A stretch of DNA of 64,000 bases from Lingula anatina (Eukaryota > Animalia > Brachiopoda). Position 1 is the first letter of the stretch, and the number at the start of each line of letters is the position of its first letter. Under the pieces are notes generated by a model that saw only the letters and a list, made by a program, of their open reading frames with translations, had not been told where the DNA came from and made no database searches. Positions 25,841 to 38,513 of this stretch are shown here, piece after piece. Position numbers and translations under genes: made by a program. The stretch is from positions 3,906,001 through 3,970,000 of the forward strand of contig CM120649.1 of assembly GCA_051362555.1 (NCBI GenBank), in the 5' to 3' direction.

Positions 25841-27112
25841 ATGAGAGCCAACTTGAATTTTTGGATCTTCGTGCTTATGGCTGTGATTTTTTGGGTGTCA
25901 CTTCTCTATTTGATGACAAGAAGTTGCATTAAAGCCAACACGTCCCGCCCTCCAGCACTATCTCCTAGTTTGTGTCACAGATGGGTAAAGAATTCTCCAT
26001 CCAGTGCTGTGTCACCGATTGATACATTGAACACAAGTATCCAAAAACCCGTCACTAGTGTGGTATTCTTGAAGACACACAAAACGGCAGGAACGACTGT
26101 GCAAAACATCTTGGTGCGTTTTGGCTACGCTCGGAATTTGATTTTCGCCCTCGGAGCTGGAAAGAACTTGTATCGCATTGGACAGTTTCCTGCTAAATTC
26201 AAACCGTCCTTTGTTCTGCGCAGTGTGACTGGAAAATATGATATATTATGTCACCACACCCGCTTTAGTGACGAGATAAAGAAAGTTATGCCCGCTGATA
26301 CGTTTTATTTTACCATACTCCGAAATCCTGTCAGCAGTTTTGAGTCCTTTTTCACCTTTTTCAACATAGGTGAGACCCTAGGATTAAACTTGACCAATGG
26401 AATTATTGAGTTTTTAGACAGACCTGCACAATTATTCAAGCTTCCTATTCAACACATAGCGACTACTTTAAAAAATTCATTTCTTACGGATTTAGGATTA
26501 GAGAACACTATGTATGACAACTCAAGTGCAATATACGAAAAAATATTGGAAGTGGAAGAAAAGTTTGACTTTGTGATGATAACAGAATATTTTGATGAAT
26601 CTTTGGTTCTGTTGAGGCATCTTCTTAACTGGTCTCTTGATGATGTAGTTTATATCAAACTGAATAAGCGCCCAAAGAGGAAAATTGTACCAGTCACTAC
26701 AGAAGATACTGCGAAGATCAAAATATGGAATGCTGGTGATCAACGTCTTTATGACCATTTTAACCGAACATTTTGGAGAAAAGTTCAGCAATTTGGGTTT
26801 GAGAGGCTTAATAAAGAAGTTCAAGAATTGAAAAGGCTCAATGAATACTGGAAGGACCTGTGCTTTGACCGAAAATCGTTTTTACAAATGAAACGGCGAA
26901 TACCAGGAAACCCAACGACATATCGGGAAGTGGTTATTCCAAAACTTAGCAAAATTGGCTCCACAATAGAAAAATGCGTTTTGATGTCTTTATTTGGTCA
27001 AAATCTCACAGACAGACTGTACGCACATATGAGGGAATATGGACAACTTTTAGACGAACGGCCTCCAAAGATGTTCATCCAACAAACAATATATGAAACA
27101 CGCATTTACTAG
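25841..27112 (+). CDS. Galactose-3-O-sulfotransferase family protein (423 aa, single coding exon)
   Basis: Type II N-terminal TM; VFLKTHKTAGTTVQNILVRFG (5'-PSB); YFTILRNPVSSFESFF (3'-PB); FDFVMITEYFDESLVLLRHLLNW; WNAGDQRLYDHFNRTFW. Likely start is the ATG at 25841. Confidence 0.93.
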   Translation: MRANLNFWIFVLMAVIFWVSLLYLMTRSCIKANTSRPPALSPSLCHRWVKNSPSSAVSPIDTLNTSIQKPVTSVVFLKTHKTAGTTVQNILVRFGYARNLIFALGAGKNLYRIGQFPAKFKPSFVLRSVTGKYDILCHHTRFSDEIKKVMPADTFYFTILRNPVSSFESFFTFFNIGETLGLNLTNGIIEFLDRPAQLFKLPIQHIATTLKNSFLTDLGLENTMYDNSSAIYEKILEVEEKFDFVMITEYFDESLVLLRHLLNWSLDDVVYIKLNKRPKRKIVPVTTEDTAKIKIWNAGDQRLYDHFNRTFWRKVQQFGFERLNKEVQELKRLNEYWKDLCFDRKSFLQMKRRIPGNPTTYREVVIPKLSKIGSTIEKCVLMSLFGQNLTDRLYAHMREYGQLLDERPPKMFIQQTIYETRIY

Positions 27113-27814
27113 AGTAATTTTTCAGGGATGACAAACTATGACCAACATTTATTTTATAAAGCATTGATTTCCATATATATTTTGCACACTGTTAGACAAC
27201 AATTTAATAAAAGATGATACGCAGTAGGGATATTTTCATTCAGCAACATTATAAGATAAACATGTATGAACCCGTGATGCTTGGATATTCAAATTAAGAA
27301 CAGTGGCGTGGAGGAAAAAATCTTGGACATTCTGCTAAAAGTAAATGAAACTTGCATATATTTACAAGAAAAGGTCTAACGGGATAAACTTTGAAGAGTG
27401 AACGACTTGCAAATGGCATTGGATCGGTGACACTACTCATAAATATAGACTCCTGTTCAAAAATGTTGACATACATCAAATCCCTTTTTTACTTCTTATC
27501 ACATTCAGCTGTGCAGGGGTAAAAATCAGAGACCATGCATAATTTGGTACAGAAAAACAAAATGAAGGTGTAGCGTTCAAATTTGAGAACGTGAACCTCC
27601 TCAAATCTGATGTATCAAATTCATAGGAGAGGAGCCATGCCAAAATGAGGGGGATTCCAAGTCCATGCTCTAAGCAGATTGTTTTTTTTTTTTCTGGAAA
27701 AGAACGTTAATAGGGTCGTTTACTGTGACAAATCCTCATTTTCAGTTCCCTCTTACTTCTTCAAAGTACACTAGGGACTAGAACTATTCTAAATTTGTTT
27801 AATATTTCACATTT

Positions 27815-27851
<37 letters not shown>

Positions 27852-27942
27852 CAGGTGAATTCATATTATGGAATCAGCATGGAGGATTTACAACATATAA
27901 ACGTTTTACGGGATGAAGAAAACGAAGCACCACGCCACTGAT

Positions 27943-28413
27943 ATGGCCAACCGTTTCATATTACTCACATTCTTGTTACCGTGTTATTTTTGGTAATAGT
28001 TTTCATCAGACGCATAAATCAACGGGCAGCACCGTGCAGAATATATTGATACGGTTCGGCTACAAGAGAGATTTGGTCTTCGTTTTGGGAGCCAAGAAGA
28101 TTTTGTATAAAGTGGGTGAATTCCCAGCCATGTTCAGCTCGGCAAACGTTTTACGCAGCACATCTGGGAGATACAACATATTATGTCACCACACGCGGTT
28201 TAACCAAGATATAAAGAGGCTCATGCCTGCAAACTCTGTTTATTTTACTATTCTTCGGGATCCAGTCAGCACATTTATGTCATATTTTTCTTTTTTCGAT
28301 AAAGCGGCAACCCTTGGGTTAAATGATACCTAGACGAATTTTTAAAGGACCCCAGTTACTGTAACCAATTTATAAATGTTACTACTGAAATACGAAATTC
28401 ATTTTTGGTGGAT
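27943..28413 (+). pseudogene. Truncated Gal3ST-family pseudogene
   Basis: TM remnant, deleted stem, frameshifted THK/TGSTVQNILIRFGY, ILCHHTRF, YFTILRDP, a stop, then IRNSFLVD. The 3' half is missing. Confidence 0.85.
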
Positions 28414-29570
28414 CCAAAATCAAAACTTGTGAACTGCTTTCAAAAATACAGCCTGACCTAACAGACATAATTTATGAACACGTGGGAAAAAGGACAGCTT
28501 TTAGACAGACGCCCTCCAAAGTTACATTTCCCCAGATCCATTACTGACTCAGAAATTTAGGGATTTTCTTTTCTTTCGCGTGTCCTTACTTGTTCTAGAC
28601 CAGGACCTTGTTTTATCAACACAGGCTAGTGGTATCCAATGAATACCAATATCTGTCAGCGACGTTTCACCCTACCCCCTCCTTTTTTTATCTCTCCCGA
28701 AAAGGAGCAGTCGGAAACTCCAGCACATATATAAGCACGTCTACAGTATCTACCGTTCAGCGTCTCAGCAGCAGCGACAACGATTTACCGGCCCACGGCT
28801 CAGCGACCCTACAGCAGCAGCACAATTTATTTCTGTTTTATCCATGATTTTGTACCATTTTTACGTCACATTAAATTTATTGTTCATTTTATTTATATCA
28901 TTTTTGTTGTCTTTTGATCTTCGTTACATCCTCAACAATATCCATTACAGGGGCAGATTGAGGCTGTCTTCTGGGTCTTCAGGAAGACGGTCAAGAATTT
29001 ACATTGATGAGTACCTACTTTTTTCTGTCGGAAGACGGTCAAAAAATGGAGGATGGATCAACAAAGATAATGCGGAAGACTGACAGAAAATATCTGTGGA
29101 TCCGCCCCTGCATTAGATGTATTTTATACACTGCAAAGTCATCTTGAGGATAGCAGCCATTTTGAACCAGTAAAAGCAATATCAAAGACAAAAAACATCG
29201 CCTCATATACAATGCAGGGAAGAAAAAAGCCTTCTAAGTTTTATTAACGTCGCCAGTAAAATAATTGGGGCGCATCACCCCCAACTAGAAAATAACATGA
29301 AAGACAGAGCGGAGAAAACGACAAATCGAATTAAGGTGTACCCTTCCTATCCAGCAAATTCTTTGTTTTAATTCTTACTCACCAATGCCATTGAGAAATG
29401 GCAAATAGTCTAGAATTAGCTTACGAAATTCACATTACGCATTACGGAGATCATCCCCTAATACATAGGGATTAGTGCAGTCACTCATTTGTACTGCCGT
29501 GACTTTGTTCTTGTCAGAGTACCATGTTTTACCCTTACCGGAATGATTCCATGTTTACGTAGGTAAAGTG

Positions 29571-30941
29571 TCAACTATGTCCAGTCGAAGATATAGTGTC
29601 TGGTAACACTGTCACTTCACCAATGCGTGCAACGCCAAGGCGGTCACAAAAGAAATTTGCTTCGGATTGGACGTCTTTTGTCCAATCAATAAGGTGGCCC
29701 CGCCCCGTTCTCTCAAGCGTATCGCTGGTAACGTACTTTCCTTTTTGAGAGTCATGCTGCATGACCCTGCAAGCTTCTGTAGCATATTCCACTGGTAGGT
29801 TACAGTATTGCAGTAATTGCTCACAGGCGAAGTGTGGATTCCTTATAAGATCTTCATACTTAAATGATTTAATGCCCACACCATTCTGGTGGAATCGACA
29901 GTAATTAGCACACATGGTCGCCCAAACCGCAACATAACATCCTATAATTGAAACCCGTTGTATAAGATTGACGTTCCCCAGCCATGAATACGTTTCCGTG
30001 TCGACCTCCAGGTCCCATTTGAATCGGGCCTGGCGCGGAAAAAGGTAGTGAGCAATGCGACTTGTCTGAAAAGCGTGTGAACGTTTGTTATGAGGCAGGG
30101 AAGCGAATGCGTGGTAGTACGACTGAACTGTTTCTTTGCCGTTTCGATATAAAAACAGGTGTTTCATTTGTGGGACCACGCTTGCCACAATGTCCGTAAA
30201 AATGAAATTCTCAGCTCTTGCTTTGAGGCACATTATTCGAGGGTTGCTATCCTGCGGTTTGAATGTAAGTCGAACCACGCTCCGCACGTGCTTTTCAAAT
30301 CCTTTGCGGGAGGTCCGTTTCCTAACGATATTCAAACTCGCATACCCACCTGGCTCGCTCATCGACACAACTCTCGGGAGAGATTCGAGAATTTGCGCTA
30401 CTAACGTCGACCCGCATCGCCCTGTGTTCGAGAGAAGCAATATATCAGTTTTCGGGTCGCCGATCTCGTCCGCCATTCTATGGAATGCTAAAATTGGCAA
30501 GACAATTAAGCGAACAGCGTGATCAAACTGTGCCATATACATGAAAGGACAAAGGTCAGGGCTGTAGATATCCACTGCCTTCGGCGTTTCAACGAACAAA
30601 GCCTCTTTCTCGTCGACGTAAATGAGCGTGACGCTGTCCTTCAATATACAGCGCGGATGTGCAAAATGACTGTGAATGGCCATGAATTTATCGTGCTCTG
30701 CTTCTCGTATGGGGTTTAATTTGCATTTCCAGATGACGTTTTTCACTTGAGCTGATTGTTCAAAGAGCTGACCCTTCCGATCGCGACTCAGCGTTTTAGC
30801 GGTACCGTTGCATTGCCACCAGACGCGCTGAGCAAACTCAAAGAAGAACCGACATGTGCAGAAAATCCACCAACGAAGCAAAGTCACATTTATAACCTAA
30901 AAGCATTGAAAGCATTTGAGATATACAAGTGCCTGTAACAT
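29571..30941 (-). CDS. P-loop sulfotransferase-superfamily protein; 5' end uncertain (in-frame TAG at 30897-30899)
   Basis: LLSNTGRCGSTLVAQILE (PAPS 5'-PSB loop), SMSEP, LFLYRNGKETVQSY (3'-PB) and KYEDLIRNP. The frame is open for about 440 codons. Confidence 0.8.
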
Positions 30942-32166
30942 GCCAAATTGTCTTGTTACAAACTTAAAAGTTAAAAAAATTCACAACACCCTACCGTCAA
31001 TAGCATTTGAGCACAGGGTCGAAGATCAATCGGCTGTATTTTAGACATAAAATAGAGTAAAATACACACACTATATATATATTCACTCACTTATACTTAT
31101 ATATACATACCTAGGGATGTTATGTGACCTTGGCGATATGATGATCACTGAAGCCTGTCCATTTAGACAAGCTTCAGTGAAGATCGAGGGCAACCTCGAG
31201 CCGCTACCCAAAAATATCTCGCTTCACTCGACATTTCTCGCTTCACTCGACATAGCGTACTCTCTCGGAAAACTCGGATTTAACCTCGATGTAGTCTAGA
31301 ATTTCACGACTACATCTTGGTTGAATCAGTCGCGGTCTCTTAAATGCTAGAAGTCAAAGACAGATTGATCATGAGACCTTCTTGGCATCAAGAGAATAGT
31401 GACGTTGCTTGCGTTATATATCTACCAGTAGACAAATTTAAAATCTCTTTCACTCTTTAAAAATTTGCATAAACATTTCACGTTTAACAATTATTATTTA
31501 TAATTTCATTACACTAATTCATATCATATGGATATGGTTTGAAAACGGGAATTAGTTTACATTTAAGCCACACGTGCGTACAAATTATTTGTAAATCTAT
31601 AATTTTTTAACGAGGGCTGTGTTATTTACCTTTTGTTTTTGAGCTGTTCATTCTTCCTCTTTATCAGATATATCGGTAAAAATCAAATATTTTCCCCCTT
31701 TGAACTTGTAATTACATGTAGCATGCTCCATGCTCTGAAACCAGCACATGTATATTCTGAAATCGCCTCGTAGTAAAAAATGTCACCAAAACGTAGAATT
31801 ATTACTCCTGTGGCCTTGTAATACACATCCGTTTGATTTTGACTATATTCCGAAACTGCCTCGTTGTCAGAAATATCACCAAAAAGTAAATTTCTTTCTC
31901 CTTTGCACTTGTGAAAAATTAGTTTGACTATATTCAGGTCCAACGCTCCTTGTTTATCAGAAATGTCACTTAAAAGTAGAGGTTTTGCCTTGAGACCTTT
32001 TTCTGCAGCAGGTCCAGCTAAGTGTGGCTCAGCTGAGACGCGTATGGTCAGTGTCGACGATTGATTAAATACTTTTCACGCCAGTTGAACGTCCATGACA
32101 AGTATTTAGCAAAAATTGACCAAATTGGTCAGACATTACGTAAGAATTTGGTGGGAGGTATATATA

Positions 32167-32478
32167 TGTAGTGCCAAGGGCAGGTAGAACCGGCCGGGTA
32201 GCTCATTAGGTAAGAGCACTCGCCCTGTAAGCGAGGGGTCCCGGGTTCGATTCCTGGCCTGCTCACCCCAAATCGCTACAATGGTGGCAGCGGTGTTGCG
32301 AGATAGGGCTCGCGTCTTTCGACATTTGGGGGGGGGGGGGGAGGAGTGTAGTGCCAGGGGCAGGTAGAACCGGCCGGGTAGCTCAGTAGGTAAGAGCACT
32401 CGCGCTGTAAGCGAGGGGTCCCGGGTTCGATTCCTGGTCTGATCGGTGATTTTTCTGCACTCACCCCAAATCGCTACA
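32167..32478 (+). mobile_element. TRIM (miniature LTR retrotransposon) with tRNA-derived LTRs, Helenus-type
   Basis: LTR1 32167-32280 and LTR2 32347-32478 are both TG..CA. PBS TGGTGGCAGCGGTG at 32282-32295 (tRNA-Leu complement). PPT (G-run + AGGAG) at 32328-32346. TATA flanks. A box TAGCTCAGTAGG and B box GGTTCGATTCC lie inside the LTRs. Confidence 0.92.
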
Positions 32479-33671
32479 TATATATATATGCAGCTCTGGC
32501 AGATTTACAAGTAGTCTAAATCGAAGTGAGAAAATTTTGGCCTACTGTCCGCCATGCATGTAAGTACCACCACTTTTCCTGACAAATTGCACAAGAGATA
32601 TCAAACTTGTTTGTTGCAGTGAGTTCGACCGCTGAAGTTCAAGCCTGCTGCTCTTTAGATTTTACGTCCCTTTCATTTTTACTGGGTCATTCATGATAAT
32701 TTACCTGCTTTGTATAGAATTGTGAGTTAGACGACAATATAATGAATGGGAAGTCAGCTACGCGTGGTACATTAACATAAAAAGGACGTTCTACCCCAGT
32801 TACTTCAACACAAGACAGTCAGTTTTTGTATTATCTGCAAAAAATAGCAAAATTTGCGAACTAATGCCGTTTATTGGGCTGGATCTGACAGACATCATGT
32901 AGCAAAAACATAGAACAACGGGCACATTTTAAAAAGTGCACATGATGCGATGGTCCACGGCGAGAGAGTTTAGACTGTACATTTAACATTTTCTGCTGCA
33001 CTTTACTTGGGTCAGAAAACCAATACATTGACCTCAGACAAGTCACCTTAAAGCATGTGTGCTTGGAACCCCTTTCTCTTCAACGCTAATAAATCAATTA
33101 ACAGTCCTGAGCCTGCTGTGAGGTTGCCTGTGATCTACACCCTGACCATGATCAAGGAGAGAATTTCCTGACAAGGTAGACACAGATATTTCCCTGGCGT
33201 ACGTTCCTACGTACATACGTTACGTGCCGTATTATTATTATTATTATTATTATTGTTGTTGTTGTTGTTGTTGTTGTTGTTTTTAATAATTGTCTTACGG
33301 TGCAACGCTGTATACAGTACGTTCGACGTCGTACAAGTTTGCGCACCCGTATAGGCCTATCTAAGGAGTTTATTTATTTTTTGAGTCCCTGAAGCAGGCA
33401 GAAGGCCAAAAGCTCGGAAATTGGACCAAATACGTTAACGATACTAAATCGCATGTGGATTGTTGTCGTTGAACATTGTTTTCGTTGTTTGTTGTCCGTC
33501 GGCACAAATGTGGGAGTGCGTGAGTGCCTAGGCCTTTAAATTTAGAAGTGTTTTTGCGTCTCACATTTTTCTTTGTTACATTTCCATACGGAGTATGATA
33601 TCCCTCAATACGAACATAAACTATATTCTTAATAACTGTTAGCTAATTACAACAAAACTGTTCAAACAACA

Positions 33672-33726
<55 letters not shown>

Positions 33727-34117
33727 GTAGGCTAACGGTACATTACCCCGGTACGTTGGGCCCACAATAAAATAGAAAAGTGGCTGCTACAGGACAGTGG
33801 TGGCTTGGATGGTATATAAAAGAATGTTTATGAAAAAATTTTATCGAATATGGTGATTGTTTAAGTGTGCAGAATCTGATCCAACCAGTGCAACTTTAAA
33901 AGGTTGTACATTAAATTTACACGTCTCACACAAAACTGACCGTAAGGTGGCATTAGTATTTTCTATCCAAGAAAGGCCCCACGTAGTCATTCACGAAATA
34001 AAGATTACTCAAATACATTAATAATCTGAATAAATAAAGCTATTAAACAAAATGCTTTCTGAAGATCTTTTAAAAGCTTTTAACCACCAGCAAATTCGGT
34101 TAACGTACATGTACGTA

Positions 34118-34195
34118 AAACCGGAAATGCTTCTAGCGTATCTTGATTTCAGGTCCACGAATTCCGCCATACTGAATGTTTGGGTGGCAACGAAA
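34118..34195 (+). promoter_or_regulatory. DAW1 proximal promoter/5'UTR motifs (ETS, YY1, RFX X-box-like)
   Basis: CCGGAAAT at 34121, CCGCCAT at 34164, and GTTTGGGTGGCAAC at 34178-34191 just before the ATG. Motif matches only. Confidence 0.45.
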
Positions 34196-36469
34196 ATGAA
34201 GTTGAAGCGATTTCTACTCCGATATTATCCTCCGGGTAAGTGCTATTTCAGATTTCGGTTAGTCACAAGCTTTAAAAGAGTCTTTGCAACATTTCTTGTG
34301 AGTGATTTGTCTCTAAAAATTAAATGTTTTTCATATTTGACTATTTTCCCGAGGCCGGGAGGACGTTCTCTTCAAAATCATCACCGTCAGCGACATCGAT
34401 AGAAAATTGAAAAAATGCTCTGCATTTTGCAGCTAGCTGTGAATTATTTCAGAAAGTTTTAGTTGTAAAAATACACGACCTCTCTATATTTACTCTTGTT
34501 TCAAGTACTAGCTGCATTATTTTAATTACATAAAGACATTTTTTCACAGAAGTACATGCACGTTGTTCAATACACTGTCTGAAGTCTTCACTTGAGGTAG
34601 TCACATGTATGTAATGGTTAACTTTGACGTTCTAGCTACTTTTCCCTAAAAAACATATGATTAATATGATTTCAGGCCAATTTATTTTTCATGATATAGC
34701 GTACAATTACCCAGTTGGAACTTTGGAACTTATTTAAAGAAAAATTAAAAATAAATTAATTAATTAGAAATATTATATCTGAAATAATTCAGCTTGGTAG
34801 TGACCAGCTTGTTTCAAAGAAACATAGCCTGGGAAATGGATATGATTAGTTTAAAATTAATACATGTTTATGGTATTACTTTTGTATAGGAATTATTCTG
34901 GAATATGAACAAGGAGGCTTGCTCAAGACCAAGTCCATAGATTTGTTAGATCTGAAAGCAGAGTAAGTAGATCGGTATGGTTTTGCATATTAACTGAAAA
35001 TAAGAGAGAGAGAGAGAGTAAAAAATACATATTTGCAGTTGACAATAGTAAATACATAGTATGGACACACATGCACACTTATGAGAATGAAAGATAAACA
35101 GTACACAATTATCATGTGTATGTGTGTGTGCGTGAGAGAGAGAGAGAGATAGGGATGCACATGCATATGGGATGATAACCACCAGACATTTCATTGATTT
35201 CCAGAACAGATGCAGATGCTGTGGTAGATGAAATCTCCAGGAAGGAACCTCTTATTACTTCTTCCAAGGCTGAGCAAGTGAAGAAGTTGGTGCTACGTAT
35301 CCTTAAACAGTTTATGCATGGGGAATATTTCAAATTTAATTTACATTTATATATTAGTTTTGTAAAAGTTGCTTTTGTAATTTTATGTAGAGATACAAAG
35401 TCAAAAAGCAAACGTGGCATCAGACTGTCTTAGAACCAGCCTTTAAAAAAATGGAAATTTTATCTATGATTTTGAACAGTTTTTCTATTATATTTAGAAG
35501 TCATCTCAAGACTTGTTATAAATCAGTTGAAATGTGGTTCGGTCAAGTAATTTTTTGAGGGCCATAAATCTTAGTGGCCTGTGGGCTAAGACTGTACATC
35601 CATACATTCACATGTCAATGTTGGTCAGTTATTACAAAGGTCAGTTTATTATATATTCCTTGACCAGTCCACTCAGGCCTTCAGGAGAAATTGGGACAAA
35701 CAGATGACCACCATTTCTATCTATTCAAGGTAAGTTGAACACATTTTACTGTGGACAGGAACAAGCAAAACTAGTCTAGTATATATCAAGTTTACCTGCT
35801 TTTCTGGTTATTGGGAAAACAACTAGAAAATGACTTCTCAGGAAAAAGGTATTGAATTTGAGAAATATCACTCAGTCAGGAAAAAAATTGAGGACTTTTG
35901 TTGGGTCAGATTTTTTTTCACCTTTTGTCCATACTAAATTGTGATTGTTTATGTTTTAGCTCTGGTAAAAGCTGTTATTTGGTGAAGCAGTGTCTCAAAA
36001 TTATGATCCTGGAATTTTTCACATTCAGTAAGAAAATATCAGATGAGAGGAAAAATCAGTGACTTGTTTCCCCATAAAATGCTGAGAATACTGTATATAA
36101 TGTTTGAATGTTTCTGGTGACAGACAGGCTCTCTCCATTATAGGAGGATGTGGGTTCACTTTCCATGTCCAGGTCAAACCAAAGATCTGTAAACCCAAGT
36201 GCCCCATAGAGGTGGTTGTCTTGAACAAATACTAAAAAAAAATAATAAAATGGGCATACATTGTTAATCTGTACAAGATGGGAGATATACAACAAATTTC
36301 TTTATTCAGGAGCAAAGTCTGAAAGAGAAAAAAAGTTGCAACAAGTTTTTTTTTCCCAATAAGAAGTCAAACAAAGTCAACTTGCCATATTTCCCCCATA
36401 ATTCTCTTGTGTTTATAATTCTGAAAAGTTTGATAGATGATTACAAGTAGGTTGTGTTCGGAGCTTAAT

Positions 36470-36500
<31 letters not shown>

Positions 36501-37405
36501 TTTGTATGACCTGTCCATCAAAAGGTTTTAATCTTCATTTTTCTGGCTACCATGTTTACCAACAGCTAACATCTACAAGTCAACCTTGTGATCAAGGACT
36601 TTTTATAAATGACCAAAATGTCTCATTGGAGGAAAACATGTTTTTTCTTTCTTTCATTTTTATTTTTATGTGATTTTTTTTTAAATGATAGATACATAGA
36701 TGTTAATCATTATTTATTTATTTAACCTTATTTTTATGAACATTTTTTCCATCTGTTTCAGGTGCTGCGTGCTCATATTTTACCTTTAACCAATGTAGCT
36801 TTCAATAAATCTGGATCCAGGTAATGGTGCAATTTTTAATCAGATATTATCATATCATTCAAATTGATTATTGGATGAAGAAAAGTGCATCTTTTCCCTT
36901 TTCCTTTTTTCATGTCTAGTTGATTTTTTTATAATGTATAGGAGAAGAACAGGTTGTTGCTACAATGGCAACATGAATTAATTATAAGACTGATCTTCAC
37001 TGTATGACAGACAGCAAATTTCAGAAATTCAATTAATGCATTCAGCTCTTCTTACAAAATAATGACTACAATCATGAATAATTGGGATATAGAAGAAACT
37101 TCGGAGCTTGTCATTGAATCATCTACCATGCATGAGTGTTCAGTAATCCATTCTTTATTGGAACAAGGTGATGAGTCAAAATCTACAATTTTCTTCTTTT
37201 TTGACTCAGTTTTATCACTGGGAGCTATGATAGGACGTGCAAAGTGTGGGACACTGCATCTGGGGAAGAACTCCACACTTTGGAGGGACATCGCAATGTG
37301 GTTTATGCCATCTCATTTAATAATCCTTATGGGTTAGTACCTATATGTCTCATTCTTCTTCTTCTTCTTCTTCTTCTTCTTCTTCTATTATAATTAATTT
37401 TTTTA

Positions 37406-37468
<63 letters not shown>

Positions 37469-38474
37469 ACCCCAAAAGATGCCTGCATTCAGTTGAAATA
37501 GGATTTGAAAAAAATGTGCTAAGAAAAAACCAACTATGTGTTTGGTATCTGGTAACTGATATATTTATTGTTTATTATTTTATTATTTATCATGATTTAG
37601 ATATCACTCTAATTTATACTATACTGACAAACTTGATTGATTGGATTTCTTGAAAAAAAGTGGGTTTTTTTGTCATTATTGTGACTTAAGGGTGATGAAT
37701 TATGTTACAGTAGTAATAAAAATTAAGTTTCCGTTGTACGACGTTTTAAAAACGTCAGAAACGTTTTAATCCCTATCCTATGAATAGAAGGGGGCGGACA
37801 AACAATGGAGAGCCGTCTAATCCCTTCAAAATTCGAACGCCAAAACACAATAGTTTAGACGTAATAACACACAATACCTTAGGCGAGTGAACCCCATGAC
37901 GCCTGTTTCTGTGGTCCAGCGCGAGCGCGACAATCCGCTGTGACCAGGTGTAATTAACAGCAGGATACATCAGCCAGAAGGTGCCTATTGTTTGTTGCGG
38001 CGATAGGATTATAGCTTTAAGATGCTAGAACCCATGCTAACGAGTGCCACTCCCGTGGCCACCTATCCTTTTGTTCACTAGCTTGGCACGCGCAGCAGAT
38101 CATGTTTTAATTAAGTGTTGCAAGAAAACTGCTAGTTTAATTTAGTATCAGTTATTTTATTCAATATGAAGTGTTCTGTGGTCAAAATTGAATTTGATAT
38201 ACATGTATCAGCAACGTACATCAGCATGATCAACAAATCACCCCGTCTCAAAAAGTTTAAAGATGCTCCGTACACAAATTTCCATCATCGCTACCTGTGT
38301 AAAAATAGATAACTGTTTAGAAATAACAAAGAAAGAAACATTATTAAAACAAATTTTTCACATTACAAGCTGACGTGTTGCCTCAATTACTACATTAAGT
38401 TACATTTTATATAAAATAATGGAGCGAATCCGTAAAAGGATAATAATAGAAAGTCTTAATAATAAATAAATAAG

Positions 38475-38513
<39 letters not shown>

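Noticed and set aside
32371-32445. Functional tRNA gene (also 32191-32260)
   Set aside because: The acceptor stem is imperfect, U33 is absent, and the units are embedded in LTRs with a PBS and PPT.
37345-37653. Poly-S/poly-Y ORF and similar CV/HT/YI-repeat ORFs
   Set aside because: Microsatellite translations inside introns.
37709-37720. Polinton-like AGTAGT terminus
   Set aside because: No matching right end, TSD or Polinton genes.
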